From Tubulanus polymorphus (Eukaryota > Animalia > Nemertea): a DNA stretch of 64,000 nt. The stretch spans positions 8,682,230 to 8,746,229 of the forward strand of contig NC_134036.1 of assembly GCF_964204645.1 (NCBI RefSeq), in the 5' to 3' direction. Position numbers and translations under genes: made by a program. Shown here in pieces: positions 1 to 14,411 of the stretch. The notes under the pieces were generated by a model that searched no databases, was not told where the DNA came from, and was given only the letters and a program-made list of their open reading frames with translations. Numbering within the stretch: the stretch's first letter is position 1; each line of letters opens with the position of its first letter.

Positions 1-2394
1 CAATTGCCCTTTAACGGTTCTACGATTTGTTTAGATTGTAAAAACATATTAATGATTAATCATATCCTGTCCAGAACTTGTTTTAATGGGCAAATTACTT
101 AACTTAAATATTTCACCTAGATCAGCTGGAAAAAATGAATCAAGAATTAGGGTTAAGGTTATAGAGAGTGATAAATGATAGTGATTACAGATGGTGTTAA
201 TAGATCTTCACATTTTTGGATTCTTTTCTGCAAAATGAATGAGTTGGCTATCACTATATATGTAACCAGAATTTAGGGTTTCCAAAAATGTCAAAATGCT
301 TACATATTTATGTCAAATTCTAGGTCAGGATCATGCTTACTTATCTAATGACTCGAATGTGTGTTATTGTTATGCTTGTGGGCAGTGGCGCGTCGTGGCC
401 CTCAGGTGAGTAACGACTGGTGAAATGATTTACAATTCACAATTTCTTAGAATTATATGAATAATATAAAAATGAAAGTCGCCTCCATCAGTAATATGTG
501 TTAGTTGTTTATCGATATAACGAATTAATTTGATAAATAGCATTTACACTGATTTTACTAAAATAGATTTGTTGTTTACGAGGGACATCTATTATCCCAA
601 CCAATTATTTCTTTTAATTCAAGTAAAATAGTGTGTCACTTAAAAAAGGCCCCTGCCAATATCATGCTTTTTGGATGTATAGGTTGCACAGTAAAATCCG
701 GGATATGTCTCTGGAGTGCCGAGTGTTGCAGTAACAAATGTAAAAACGGATTTTGTTCCTAATCGGCATAGATAAGGGTTTTAAACGGATTTACTTGTGG
801 TGGTATGGAAACTATCCGATAATGAACCCGAAACACTGTCAGATTATCGACTGACAAAGTTGAAAAAGCCGGAATTTATTTACTCATATTTGTAACTCAA
901 TTGTCAAATGTTTTTCTGAAATGATTCAATAAAACTGCGGGTAAATAAAATAGTTCAATGATCCGATTCTGAACTGTTTTTGATTATTGGCTGTGGATTT
1001 TAAAGTGATCAATAGACGCTGCACGCCGCTCCGTTCGTTGCGAGGAATATCAATCGTCAATTTAAGTTTCACGACTATACAGTGATAATATATTGGTAGC
1101 CCACTGTTATGGGTTAGAGTGGGCTGTTATGGTTGTTGAATGAACCACAGTGTCGTTACTGTGTTTAACCGTCGTATATGAACTTTTCTATAGATTTACA
1201 GTTTCCTATTTATCATAATCAAATGACGTGATTGTCAATGAACAAAGAATCAGCAGAGAAACAGTAATATACATATATAGAGTAGCAAAAATTGTGTATT
1301 TTATTTACAGAAAACATACCGTACAATGCGTATATATTTTCAAACATCAAATCAAATACAATATTCAAAACTCGATTTAACAAACTTCCCCAAATTCATC
1401 ACGTTAGATTCACTACTTACATAATTGAAAATTCTACTTATATTACATGCATCAATATTTACCAATTTTATTTTCGTCTTGAGATCGCTGAATTTACTGC
1501 TCGTTAGGATTAAAATGCAGCTCATCTTCCACACAGTTAAACGTATTACAAATCCTGTCATCTCTACTCAATCCCAGAGGTTCGTGTTTTTGCTATCATA
1601 AAACTGCGTTATTCTGATAGGATAACTATTCATTCTAAATGGGCCTCGATTAGGTGTAATACACTCTTAGGTAGGGTTCCCTGCACTTGCCTCCAAGGGA
1701 GAACATATAAAGGTTCGTCAAAGAAAGTTTTTTTGTAGGGGTCTTTAAAAACCCCAGGTGTGTCGAGTGGGTCTTCGCTAGACGTTCGAGTTTGACGTTT
1801 TAATTTGGAGTCCGGTATTGTAGAAGAAGGACTATAAAGATGATAGAAGTCCGGTATTGTAGAAGAAGGACTATAAAGATGATAGAAGTCCGGTATTGTA
1901 GGAGAAGGACTATAAAGATGATAGGAGTCCAGTATTGTAGAAGAAGGACTATAAAGATGATAGGTGTCCAGTATTGTAGAAGAAGGACTGTGTAGGTGAT
2001 AGCAGTCCAGGAATTGTAGTGGAGGGACTGTGAACATGAGAAGGGTCCAGGGTATTGTTGATTTAGGACTAAAGAGGATTAAGGCCGGTGGGGAATGGAC
2101 TGTTTAGAGCCCGTTATTGTAGAAAGAGGATTGGTTGGGTCTATGGATGAGGCCGGTTGTCAGGAAGGAGCCTGCAACTGTAGGAGTGATAAAAAAAACG
2201 ATGATAATAATAAAAGAGACTTATTATCATAAGTTTTATCACTCCTACAGTTGCAGGCTCCTTCCTGACAACCGGCCTCATCCATAGACCCAACCAATCC
2301 TCTTTCTACAATAACGGGCTCTAAACAGTCCATTCCCCACCGGCCTTAATCCTCTTTAGTCCTAAATCAACAATACCCTGGACCCTTCTCATGT

Positions 2395-2621
2395 TCACAG
2401 TCCCTCCACTACAATTCCTGGACTGCTATCACCTACACAGTCCTTCTTCTACAATACTGGACACCTATCATCTTTATAGTCCTTCTTCTACAATACTGGA
2501 CTCCTATCATCTTTATAGTCCTTCTCCTACAATACCGGACTTCTATCATCTTTATAGTCCTTCTTCTACAATACCGGACTTCTATCATCTTTATAGTCCT
2601 TCTTCTACAATACCGGACTCC
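2395..2621 (+). repeat. 39-bp minisatellite (~5-6 units), mirrored at ~1807-2033
   Basis: Unit tacaataccggacttctatcatctttatagtccttcttc; produces the 13-aa DFYHLYSPSSTIP repeat in the ORF track. Confidence 0.9.
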
Positions 2622-2689
2622 AAATTAAAACGTCAAACTCGAACGTCTAGCGAAGACCCACTCGACACACCTGGGGTTTTTAAAGACCC

Positions 2690-3070
2690 CTACAAAAAAA
2701 CTTTCTTTGACGAACCTTTATATGTTCTCCCTTGGAGGCAAGTGCAGGGAACCCTACCTAAGAGTGTATTACACCTAATCGAGGCCCATTTAGAATGAAT
2801 AGTTATCCTATCAGAATAACGCAGTTTTATGATAGCAAAAACACGAACCTCTGGGATTGAGTAGAGATGACAGGATTTGTAATACGTTTAACTGTGTGGA
2901 AGATGAGCTGCATTTTAATCCTAACGAGCAGTAAATTCAGCGATCTCAAGACGAAAATAAAATTGGTAAATATTGATGCATGTAATATAAGTAGAATTTT
3001 CAATTATGTAAGTAGTGAATCTAACGTGATGAATTTGGGGAAGTTTGTTAAATCGAGTTTTGAATATTGT
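2690..3070 (+). pseudogene. Degenerate 3' end of a non-LTR retrotransposon ORF2 (CR1/L2-type C-terminal Cys/His motif); mirrored at ~1358-1738 (-)
   Basis: Across frameshifts it reads YKKTFFDEPLYVLP...FRMNSYPIRI...RDDRICNTFNCVEDELHF/ILTSSKFSDLK, resembling the LINE C-terminal pattern RxCxxCxxxEDExHFLLxCxxYxxLR. Confidence 0.5.
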
Positions 3071-4963
3071 ATTTGATTTGATGTTTGAAAATATATACGC
3101 ATTGTACGGTATGTTTTCTGTAAATAAAATACACAATTTTTGCTACTCTATATATGTATATTACTGTTTCTCTGCTGATTCTTTGTTCATTGACAATCAC
3201 GTCATTTGATTATGATAAATAGGAAACTGTAAATCTATAGAAAAGTTCATATACGACGGTTAAACACAGTAACGACACTGTGGTTCATTCAACAACCATA
3301 ACAGCCCACTCTAACCCATAACAGTGGGCTACCAATATATTATCACTGTATAGTCGTGAAACTTAAATTGACGATTGATATTCCTCGCAACGAACGGAGC
3401 GGCGTGCAGCGTCTATTGATCACTTTAAAATCCACAGCCAATAATCAAAAACAGTTCAGAATCGGATCATTGAACTATTTTATTTACCCGCAGTTTTATT
3501 GAATCATTTCAGAAAAACATTTGACAATTGAGTTACAAATATGAGTAAATAAATTCCGGCTTTTTCAACTTTGTCAGTCGATAATCTGACAGTGTTTCGG
3601 GTTCATTATCGGATAGTTTCCATACCACCACAAGTAAATCCGTTTAAAACCCTTATCTATGCCGATTAGGAACAAAATCCGTTTTTACATTTGTTACTGC
3701 AACACTCGGCACTCCAGAGACATATCCCGGATTTTACTGTGCAACCTATACATCCAAAAAGCATGATATTGGCAGGGGCCTTTTTTAAGTGACACACTAT
3801 TTTACTTGAATTAAAAGAAATAATTGGTTGGGATAATAGATGTCCCTCGTAAACAACAAATCTATTTTAGTAAAATCAGTGTAAATGCTATTTATCAAAT
3901 TAATTCGTTATATCGATAAACAACTAACACATATTACTGATGGAGGCGACTTTCATTTTTATATTATTCATATAATTCTAAGAAATTGTGAATTGTAAAT
4001 CATTTCACCAGTCGTTACTCACCTGAGGGCCACGACGCGCCACTGCCCACAAGCATAACAATAACACACATTCGAGTCATTAGATAAGTAAGCATGATCC
4101 TGACCTAGAATTTGACATAAATATGTAAGCATTTTGACATTTTTGGAAACCCTAAATTCTGGTTACATATATAGTGATAGCCAACTCATTCATTTTGCAG
4201 AAAAGAATCCAAAAATGTGAAGATCTATTAACACCATCTGTAATCACTATCATTTATCACTCTCTATAACCTTAACCCTAATTCTTGATTCATTTTTTCC
4301 AGCTGATCTAGGTGAAATATTTAAGTTAAGTAATTTGCCCATTAAAACAAGTTCTGGACAGGATATGATTAATCATTAATATGTTTTTACAATCTAAACA
4401 AATCGTAGAACCGTTAAAGGGCAATTGCCATCAAAATTGTACTTTCCACGATTTCTCAACCAGAAGAAACTTTAGTATACATATAACGACCTGAGATGTG
4501 ACTTATTGAAAAAAAGAGCATGAATTAGCCGTAATAGTTAGCGGAATAGTCATCTAATTATCCTTCACTCCGTGCGTATAGTTCATATTTAACCCGCAGG
4601 TGGCGCTATTTATGATGTTAACTATGATAATCAACACAAGCACGTGTGCGCGCTAGTAGCGTAGCCTATGAATAATCGATATAATAAGCACCATTTGTTC
4701 ACCGTATTCACAGACCTAGAGCGCTACTCACTTATATGCCATTTTCATGTCATATACAACGGTAGCAACATTATACAATGATAAGAGTTTGTTAATTCAA
4801 ATCACTCCTAAAACGATAAAATATCGCATGAAATGTCTTGTGAAATGACTGGAAGCCGTCGGTTTAACAGTGTAATTATTTTTATATTATTGCACCTTTT
4901 TTACCCAAACTAGGATGCATCTGCAAATGTAGGCATACGAAAGGTTAAATTCCGTGTTTGTTC

Positions 4964-5485
4964 GGTTCCGGCTAAAAGTACAAATCGACGGAATTACGAA
5001 ATATGAAGCGAAATAACGGAACTACGAAATACGAAATTTTGCGAGAAGTGCTTAATTACGAAATGAAATACAAAGAAATGGTCATGAAATACGACCATAC
5101 TATTGACAAATGCTCATAACGCCACGGGATGTCAAAGTTTTGCGGTACATGTAAATGATCTTTTGAAATTATTCAAGAATTTACATTCTTCAACTGGATG
5201 GTTTTTAGCGTATTGGCCTTTTGAAACGGTCCACGGTGTGGAACCCCGTCACACTACATCATTGCGTATGTTTAAGCCAGCTCCACGAGCCAGCTCTTCG
5301 CGCTACTGTAGCAAAAAAATTCAATTTAGTTTCGTATTTCATTTCATAATTAAGCAGGACCCGTGAAAGAATGGCCATTTCGTTTCGTAGTTTAGCATTT
5401 CGTGACGTATTTCGTTTCGTACTTTAGCATTTCGTTATTTCGTTTCATATTTCGTAATTTCGTAGTTTCGTACTTTAGAAGAACC
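4964..5485. mobile_element. Non-autonomous DNA transposon (MITE/foldback), Mutator-like
   Basis: Ends GGTTC...GAACC with long imperfect TIRs built of TACGAAAT subrepeats. Flanked by tgtttgttc at 4955-4963 and 5487-5495 (9-10-bp TSD). Confidence 0.65.
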
Positions 5486-7494
5486 ATGTTTGTTCTTGTT
5501 TTTCTCATACAACTATCCGCGTCATCTTTAGAAAAAAAATTAAATTAAGTGAAAGTAAATAAGCTTAAAGGATAAAGTATATGGCATTCATTTTGCTTAA
5601 TCCTCATTTAAACCCTAACCCTCAAGACGATCCAAAAGGTTAACGAAGACAAAACTATGATATTGGCTAGTTTAGACAAACGTTTGCTGGATGGAAACCC
5701 ACTTAATATTGTGGAATCGATAGATTATATTGGTAATCTAAATGAATCGTTGGTCTATGCGATAGGTATACAACATTTGAAATTGTATATTGTTTCACTG
5801 AAAATCAACGTTTGAGTATGAATAATAAAGATATGAATATTTCATGACTGCGCTCACCTTAGTCGCTTCTTCCAACGTATTCAACTCTCTTTTTCTTCAG
5901 CCAGTACGGTCGACGAATAACACATTTGGTGCCTTGTTTTATACATTTGGACTCATGAAAAATAAGCTTATGATTGCACAGCTTGATATAGATTGAAACT
6001 TATACTGATGTTTTGTTATGGTAAATCGATTCGCATCTGGCACTTCCACCTGTATCACTATGTACTCTCGCAGAGCCGTTTTTCCAATAAGTCCTCAGAA
6101 AACCAGTTTATTCAATGATAATCAATTTTCGCGTTTCTGAATATTGATTTCTCACATGCTGTCCTAATACTTCGATGAAGCACGGTGCGTGTATATATCA
6201 TCATCTAACTAGAAACGCACCGGTCTTACACCTGAGTTCATTCGAATTTCCTACTCGTTTTTTGTAGAGCGCTAGGTTTGGTCCAAACTGTCAAATACCA
6301 CACACTTTCTTCACTCGTATCGCGTCATATTGATCGTCATCTGGTCATCACTAAGAGTGAATTTTGCCCTGAACAAAAATGGTAGAGAAAAGAATCTTTG
6401 AGGAATGATTCTGTCAGTATGATAATATAATTAACATCTTCGAACTATTGATCAAAGGGGGTACGAAACTAACTCATTTGCTTCGATTTATTTTTGCAAA
6501 TAAGCTGAACAATTTGATAAGTCAGCATTATGTAGAAAGCAGGACTGAATTGCCATAAACCGTATGTCCATAACATAAATCATAATTTCTTTTCGTATTT
6601 GAAGAAAATTTTTCAATTTTTAACAATATTCACGAATATGTGTTTTACTTCTATGAAGGAGTATCTGTAAACTGATTCATATCGTCACAGGTAAAAAGAA
6701 AGATTATGAAATCGCGTAACGACGAATATGATTCATTTGTTTCACCGATGAATTTAAATAGTCAATACATGCTGCAATATAAACTATTTCATACACGCAA
6801 TTCTTCATTCATATCCATTTTTGAGTTGCTTTAGATAGCACCAGAAGGGTTCTTTTTAAATTGCACTCTAGCAATCTATCCAGAAACGCATTGAGTTTAG
6901 AGGACTTCAACTCTGTAGAGCAGCCACTTTGTATATACTTATGACGCCTTGGTGCATCCGATATTCGTTACAAGGCCATTTTTTCGTCTGGTTATAGGCA
7001 TTCCGCTAATTTGACTGATAACAACTTAAATGAAAATCGATTGATAACTTTGAAAATAATAATTGCCCATGGGCCAAGAGGTTTTACCACAGCCTTATGA
7101 AGTGCAGAGATGAGATGAAGTCGAATTTCATAACTTGTAAACGATCGATAGAGAGATGCAAATTTTAACTGTAAAAAAATGTAAGGTTTGTCTGACAACT
7201 TTTCAAATTCAAAGGCTCCCACCGACTGTCGAGTTTTCCTATCGGTACTTAGCTATTTTATGCAAATACATGTATTATTGTTATGACTTTGCTTTTTCGG
7301 ATGACATTCTGGACGACAACATACATGTATATCACTTCTAATATTGAGCAACCTATTTCAATCGAATGATTCTCTATATTGTTGAACTAATTTCAATGAA
7401 ACAATTCCCGTTTTCTAAGGATAAAAAATATGTTACTATAGTAACTATTGCGACTTGTGCATGGGGAACGTAGCAGGACAGCGATTACCACACG

Positions 7495-7535
7495 GACAGC
7501 CGCGCACCCTACCCCGGCAGGGATTCGAACCTTAT
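7495..7535 (-). mobile_element. tRNA-derived SINE head fragment (Pol III B box)
   Basis: Reverse complement contains GGTTCGAATCCC; no full cloverleaf visible. Confidence 0.3.
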
Positions 7536-9439
7536 GCTGTGTTTTTCATGAGTTGAACTTTTGTAAGTGGGACTGATCATTTTGAGATTTTACAACTTGG
7601 CATCATATTCAAAACGAGGGGATCATCTACATATTCTCTTCCTAACAAGAAAGGATTGACATATACTTGCAGTAACGGCCTCAGTTATAGGTAGTCCAAT
7701 AAAGCCTTCTAATCGAGATGTTGTATATTAAATCAACCGCATTTTAACGACGCATTTTTGTTGTGAAATTTATGCCGAGCGTTTTTGATATTAATCATTT
7801 CAGCAGTGGTACGTATATAATGATAAGTGGCGATCAATAAATGACACGTCATTATTAATACACGTCACAATTATTCGTTGAATACGATTTCCACTAAATT
7901 TAGTCAACTGTTTCATCTTAGTATCTGGTTTCCGAACTTTCTGCTCGCAGAAAAATCCACCGTGAATTAATGAGCGATTAATATGGATCGATTCTGAAGT
8001 TTCCGATTCGAATCGATTTAGACTGACTGAACATCCATATAAATTTCAATCAATATCAAGCTGTAAAAATCACCGGTCGGTGTAGTTTTAATTTGTATTG
8101 GAAACGTATTGAACATTGCACGAAATTTATTTTGTTATTCGTCGACAGGTCTGGTCCGAGAAAACGGGATGCTTTTATTTCGAAAATAGAATAAATAGAA
8201 GGAAAAAACAAGGGTAAGCCCGGCGATGAACTATTCAAATTTGTCTTATTCATAATCATATTTTGGAACTGTATGCAATTAATTTATACATCATATCAGG
8301 TTGACGATAGAAGTAGAATAAATCAGTTGTTTTATTTATTTCATCATATTAAGTCAGATTTAAACTTGTCTAAAATAGTGAGTGTCCTATTATGTCAATT
8401 TTGCGTGTTCGTAAATATAGATAGATATACAGTCTTAACGAGATGATGAAATATTAGTGACGAAATATTCAAGGGTCATAATTGATATGTGCGTGTCCGT
8501 ATTTCAAATGAATATAACCTTGTAAACCACTATTAATCTTCAGCTGATTATTCGATGATTCAATTAGGAATAGATCTGTTGACAATGCCCATCGATTTTG
8601 ATAAAATGAAGGTAAAAAAATGGAAAAAAATAAATGCAACGTCTTTCATTACCATTTTATTTTGTATTTAAGAGAGAAGGTTGAAATTAATTAAAACAGT
8701 TTTTTAGATGGAAGAACCAAAGAAAATACAAAATACACAAATGCAGTCACTTCAAAGACGGAACTTTTTGTGAAGCGATTTTTGATTAATTAAGTTCGCA
8801 TGGAACGAGTTAATGGGCCCATAGTCGAAATCCATGCAGTCTGAATAAGGCATTAAATGTATGGAAACTATTGTTAATCTAGGAAATGAATCTGCAGATC
8901 CATGGCCTTCTCGGCCCAAATCTTCAGTCACAGCCATTAGGCCTACGGCAATCCTACAACAACATCGTCGAGAACCTCATTTCATTTCATTTTGGAGGTG
9001 TTTCATGCAATTGCAGATGTTTATGAAACGGTTTTAGGTCCACGTGATTCCTGATGATAAGCTTTTGTTCGATCTGTTCATTGTTAATATCGAAAACAAT
9101 ACAGAAATGCCGTTTCATTGTTCGAGACCATAATTTGCATGAAGATGATTCTTTTTGAAATAAATTGGGGTATAGTGATGTTTCTTTTTTAAAATAAATT
9201 GGAGTATATAATCATTTAAGTTGTCACAGATTGATCAAACCGGATAAGTCAACTCCCGGAAGTTAACTGTAGTATTAGGCCAAATCATGTGTAAACCTGA
9301 TTCAGTCAGAATGATTAGGGATATTCTATCAACTTAATAAAAATTTGACTGTATAACGAACGTGTTGGAATCCGTATCCAGTAACCTGGATTAGCAGCTC
9401 AATTTTTTGGGTTATAGGCCAACTATTTTATTTGATTGG

Positions 9440-9858
9440 CGTGTCGTTTCATACGATGCCAATCGTCTTACAGCAAACTAGAACACTTTCATGAGGCTAA
9501 TGCCCTTGGAATTAGGATCTACCGTTTCATCGATTTAAGAAAAGCACTGACTACAATGGAGTGAAAATTCAAAATCAGAAATATAGCTGCAAAGGGTTTT
9601 CTGCACAGTCTTAGAATCCTGTTCAACGGTGGATTTCAACAAAGCATTTGATAAGGCTCAACATCAGCCATTACTAAACAGGCTATTAGGAAACAGTATC
9701 AATGATAGGTCGCCCAAATGGCTCAGCAGTTATCTCTGAACGGAAACTTGTAACCGAAATCAACGGAACGCCTCATCTTGGAATGAGACGGTCTAACTAG
9801 TGGAGTAACGCAAGGTAGTATCCTAAGTCGTGTTCTGTTTAATGTCCTGACAAATGAC
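9440..9858 (+). pseudogene. Decayed CR1/L2-clade LINE reverse transcriptase fragment
   Basis: Translates through stops and frameshifts to VDFNKAFDKAQHQPLLNRL...KWLSSYL...LTSGVTQGSILSRVLFNVLTND (RT motifs DFxKAFD and SGVPQGSxL). Confidence 0.85.
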
Positions 9859-9944
9859 AAACACAGTAATCCAAAATATACCAGACCGAGTAAATTTCCA
9901 AAACGACCTTAACACACTGTTCGACCAAAAAACTTAATGTTCCG

Positions 9945-10219
9945 ACAAAACCACGGGCGACAAAACCAAAATTATGAATTGTCGCGGGTGACAAAACCAA
10001 AATATTGAATTGTCACGGGCGATAAAACCAAAATAATGAATTTTCGCGGGAGTTAAAACCACAATAATGAATTGTCGCGGGCGTTAAAACCAAAATATTG
10101 AATTGTCGTGGGCGATAAAACCAAAATAATGAATTGTCGCGGACGGCAAAAACAAAATATTTAATTGTTGCGTGCGACAAAACCAAAATAATGAATTGTC
10201 GTGGGCGACAAAACCAAAC
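9945..10219. repeat. ~31-bp satellite, left segment
   Basis: Tandem gggcgacaaaaccaaaataatgaattgtcgc units. Confidence 0.93.
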
Positions 10220-11590
10220 TAGGGGTCCAGGGACACCATGCTCACTTGGGAAGTGGTTTCAAATGCTCAACAATCTAACGATTTCAATACATAACGCCCT
10301 CTAGTGACCATATACAAAAACCAATGACCTTGAAACCCACAACAATCATAGAACATGTGAGCAGCTTTGATTTTGTAATTGATTGTGATAACAAAATATG
10401 CCTCGTTACCAATTTAATATGGAAATACTAAGTTATTCTACTATTCAACGCCCCCTGGTGACCATATGCAAAACCCAATGACCTTAAAACTCACCACAAT
10501 CGTAGTACATGTCATGAAATACAACTTTGCAATTGATCATAGTAACAAAATATGCCTAGGTACCAATCTAATAAGGAAATACTAAGCCATTCTACTATTC
10601 AGCGCCCCCTGGTGACTATATGGAATAACTAATGTCCTTAAAAGCTCACCACAATCATAGACGATGTCATGAACTACAACTTTGCAATGGATAATGGTAA
10701 CAAACTATGCCTAGGTACCAATCTAATAAGGAAAAACTAAGCTTTTCTACTATTCAACGCCCCCTGGTATCTATATGGAATAACTAATGTCCTTAAAAAC
10801 TCACCACAATCATAGAAGATGTCATGAACTACAACTTTGCAATTGATCATGGTAACAAAATATGCCTTGGTACAAATATAATATAGCGATACTAAGTTAT
10901 TGTATTATTCAACGCCCCCTGATGGCCACATACAAAAGCCAATGACCTTGAAACTCACCAAAATCATAGAGCACGTTATGGGCTACAACTTTCCAATTGA
11001 ATATAGTAACACAATATGCTTAGGTATCAATTTAATGTGGAAAAACTTTTTCCCACCTACGAATGTGTACTGATGACACCAAGATGGCCGCCAATTGCGT
11101 CATAATTGGCTGATCAAAATACCTGTCCCAGGTATAAAACATCCCTCTCTAAAGAATACCCATCAGCAATTGCAATGTTAATTGGCAAACCAGTAGGACG
11201 CTACAGGACCTAGAATTCTGGCCAAAATTGACATTTTTGGGCACTAAAAAGGTCATAGGACGGCCATCTTGAGTCAGATCGACCCAATTTTCTTATGCTG
11301 ATGGGCCTTTGGTAGATTCAAATATAAACGAAAGATCGAGGTAATTGATCAAAGCGTCTTCAAAATTTCCCACGAAAACTTCGAAAATGTTTAAAAAGTG
11401 CTGAGTTTGGCAAACAACAATGGCTGCCAGTCGACCATCTTGAATCTGACAGGGCCAGTTTTTGGGCTGACGATGTGTCTAGGGTAGATACATGTATAAA
11501 CCAAATATCAAGACATTACCTTGAAGCGTCTTCAAAACTTCCCGAAATAACTGGATTCCGTCTATGGATGGATGGACGGACGAAAAGGAC
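10218..11590 (+). mobile_element. Helentron/HINE-like non-autonomous element with internal ~154-bp tandem repeats, inserted in the satellite and 3'-truncated
   Basis: Starts aactaggggtccagggacacc. Five ~154-155-bp units (anchor acgccccctggtgacc near 10294, 10448, 10602, 10757, 10912). Ends in a GATG/GACG microsatellite, a layout typical of DINE-1/HINE-type elements. Confidence 0.55.
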
Positions 11591-14411
11591 AAAACCACAA
11601 AATAATGAATTGTCTCGTGCGACAAAACCAAAATAATGCATTGTCGAGGGCGATAAAACCAAAATAATGAATTGTTGCGGGCGATAAAACCAAAATAATG
11701 AATTGTCTCGTGCGACAAAACCTAAATAATGAATTGTCGCGGGCGACAAAAACAAAATATAAAATCAAAATAGTGAATTGTCGCGGGCGACAAAAACAAA
11801 ATATAAAAGCAAAATAATGAATTGTCGCGGGAGACAAAACCAAAATAATGAATTGTCGCTGGAGATAAAACCAAAGTAATGAATTGTCGCGGGTGATAAA
11901 CCCAGAAAAAGAATTGTCGGGGCGACAAAATCAAAATAATGAATTGTCGCGGGCGACAAAACCAAAATGGTGAATTGTCGCGGGCGACAAAACCAAAATA
12001 ATGAATTGTCGCGGGCGATAAAACCAAAATAATGAATTGTCGTGGGCGATAAAACCAAAATAATGAATTATCGCAGGCCATGAAACCAAAATATTGAATT
12101 GTCGCGGGCGATTAAACCAAAATAATGAATTGTCGCGGGTGACAAAACCAAAAAAAAATGTTGCGCGCGACAAAAGCAAAATATAAAACCAAAATAATGA
12201 ATTGTCGCAGGCGACAAAAACAAAAAGAAGAATTGTCGCGGGCGACAAAACCAAAACAATGAATTGTCGCTGGAGATAAAACCAAAGTAATGAATTGTCG
12301 TGGGCGATAAAACCAAAATATTGAATTTTCACGGGCGACAAAACCAAAATATTGAATTGTCGCGGGTGAAAAGACCAAACTAATGAATTGTCGCGGGCGA
12401 CAAAACCAAAAAAAGAATTGTCGGGTGAAAAAACCAAAATAATGAAATGTCGCGGGCGATAAAACCAAAATAATGAATTGTCGCCCGCAACAAAACCAAA
12501 ATAATGAACTGTCGTGGGCGATAAAACCAAAATAATGAATTGTCTCGGGCGACAAAACCAAAATATTGAATTCTCGCGGGCGACAAAACCAACAAAAAAA
12601 AATTGTCGCGGGCGACAAAAACAAAAGATAAAACCAAAATAATGAATTGTCGCGGGCGACAAAACCAACAAGAAGGATTGTCGCGGGCGACAAACCAAAA
12701 TAATGAATTGTCGCTGACGATAGAACCAAAGTAATGAATTGTCGTGGGCGATAAAACCAAAATAATGAATTGTCTCGGGCGATTAAAACATAATAATGAA
12801 TTGTCACGTGCGACAAAACCAAAATAATGAATTGTCGCGGGCGACAAAACCAAAAAAAAATTGTCGCGGACGACAAAAACAAAATATAAAACCAAAATAA
12901 TGAATTGTCTTGGGCGACAAAACCAAAAAGAAGAATTGTCGCGGGCGACAAAACCAAAATAATGAATTGTCGCGGGCAATAAAACCAAACTAATGAATTG
13001 TCTCGGGCGACAAAAACAAAATATTGAATTGTCACGTGCGACAAAACCAAAATAATGAATTGTCACGGGCGACAAAACCAAAAAAATGAATTGTCGCTGG
13101 AGATAAAACCAAAGCAATGAATTGTTGAGGGCGATAAAACCAAAATATTGAATTGTCCCGGGCGACAAAACCAAACTAATGAATTGTCGCAGGCGACAAA
13201 ACCAAAAAAAGAATTGTTGGGGCGACAAAACCAAAATAATGAATTGTCGCGGGCGACAAAACCAAAATGGTGAATTGTCCAGGCGACAAAACAAAAATGG
13301 TGAATTGTCGCGGGTGACAAAAGCAAAATAATGAATTGTCGCGGGCGATAAAACCAAAATATTGAATTGTCGCAGGCGATAAAACCAAACTAATGAATTG
13401 TCGCGGGCGATAAAACTAAAATAATGAATTGTCTCGAGCGACAAAACCAAAATAATGAATTGTCGCAGACGATAAAACCAAAATAATGAATTGTCTCGAG
13501 CAACATAACCGAAATAATGAATTGTCGCGGGCGATAAAACCGAAATAATGAATTGTCGCGGGCGACGAAACCAAAATGGTTAATTGTCGCGGGCGACAAA
13601 ACCAAAATGGTTAATTGTCGCAAGCGACAAAACTAAAAATAAAGAATTGTCGCGGGCGATAAAACCGTAATAATGAATTGTCGCGGGCGATAAAAGCAAA
13701 ATAATGAATCGTCTCAGGCGACAAAACAAAAATAATGAATAATCACGGGCGATAAAACAAAAATATTGAATTGTCGCAGGCGATAAAGCCAAAAAAGAAA
13801 ATTGTCGCGGGCGACAAAAACAAAATATAAAACCAAAATAATGAATTGTCGCGGGCGACAAAACCAAAATAATGAATTGTCGGTGGCGATAAAACCAAAG
13901 TAATGAATTGTCGCGGGCGATAAAACCAAAATATTGAATTTTCGTGGGCGACAAAACCAAAATATTGAATTGTCGCGGGCGATAAAACCAAACTAATGAA
14001 TTGTCGCGGGCGACAAAACCAAACTAATGAATTGTCGCGGGCGATAAAACCAGACTAATGAATTGTCGCGGCGATAAAACCAAAATAATGAATTGTCTCG
14101 GGCGACAAAAACAAGATATTGAATCGTCGCGGGCGTCAAAATCAAAATAATGAATTGTCGCGGGCGACAAAACCAAAATAATGAATTGACGCGGGCGATA
14201 AAACCAAAATAATGAATGGTCTCGGGCGACAAAGCCAAAATAATGAATTGTCGCGGGCGATAAAAACAAAATATTGAATTGTCCCGGGCGATAAAACCAA
14301 ATTAATGAATTATCGCGGGCGATAAAACCAAAATATTGAATTGTCGCGGGCGATAAAACCAAAATAATGAATTGTCGCGGGCGACAAAACCAAAATATTG
14401 AATTGTCGCGG
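11588..14411. repeat. ~31-bp satellite, main array (~90 units)
   Basis: Consensus GGGCGA(C/T)AAAACCAAAATAATGAATTGTCGC with internal dyad GCGACAA/TTGTCGC; accounts for all the spurious minus-strand ORFs here. Confidence 0.97.

Larger units (their letters stand above)
1..4427. repeat. Giant near-perfect palindrome (arms 1-2194 and 2234-4427, 39-nt imperfect centre); may extend left of the window
   Basis: Base 1 onward (caattgccctttaacggttctacg) is the reverse complement of 4404-4427. Mirrored identical ORF pairs have coordinate sums of 4428 (1630/2798, 1352/3076, 1292/3136). Spot checks showed no mismatches. Confidence 0.97.

Noticed and set aside
1630-2798. Twin 135-aa ORFs as real genes
   Set aside because: Products of a 39-bp minisatellite plus LINE debris, duplicated by the palindrome.
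7495-7535. Functional tRNA gene
   Set aside because: Only a B-box/T-arm match; no acceptor stem or anticodon arm found.
11588-14411. CRISPR array (31-bp partly palindromic repeat)
   Set aside because: Units are head-to-tail with no unique spacers; no cas genes; eukaryotic context.
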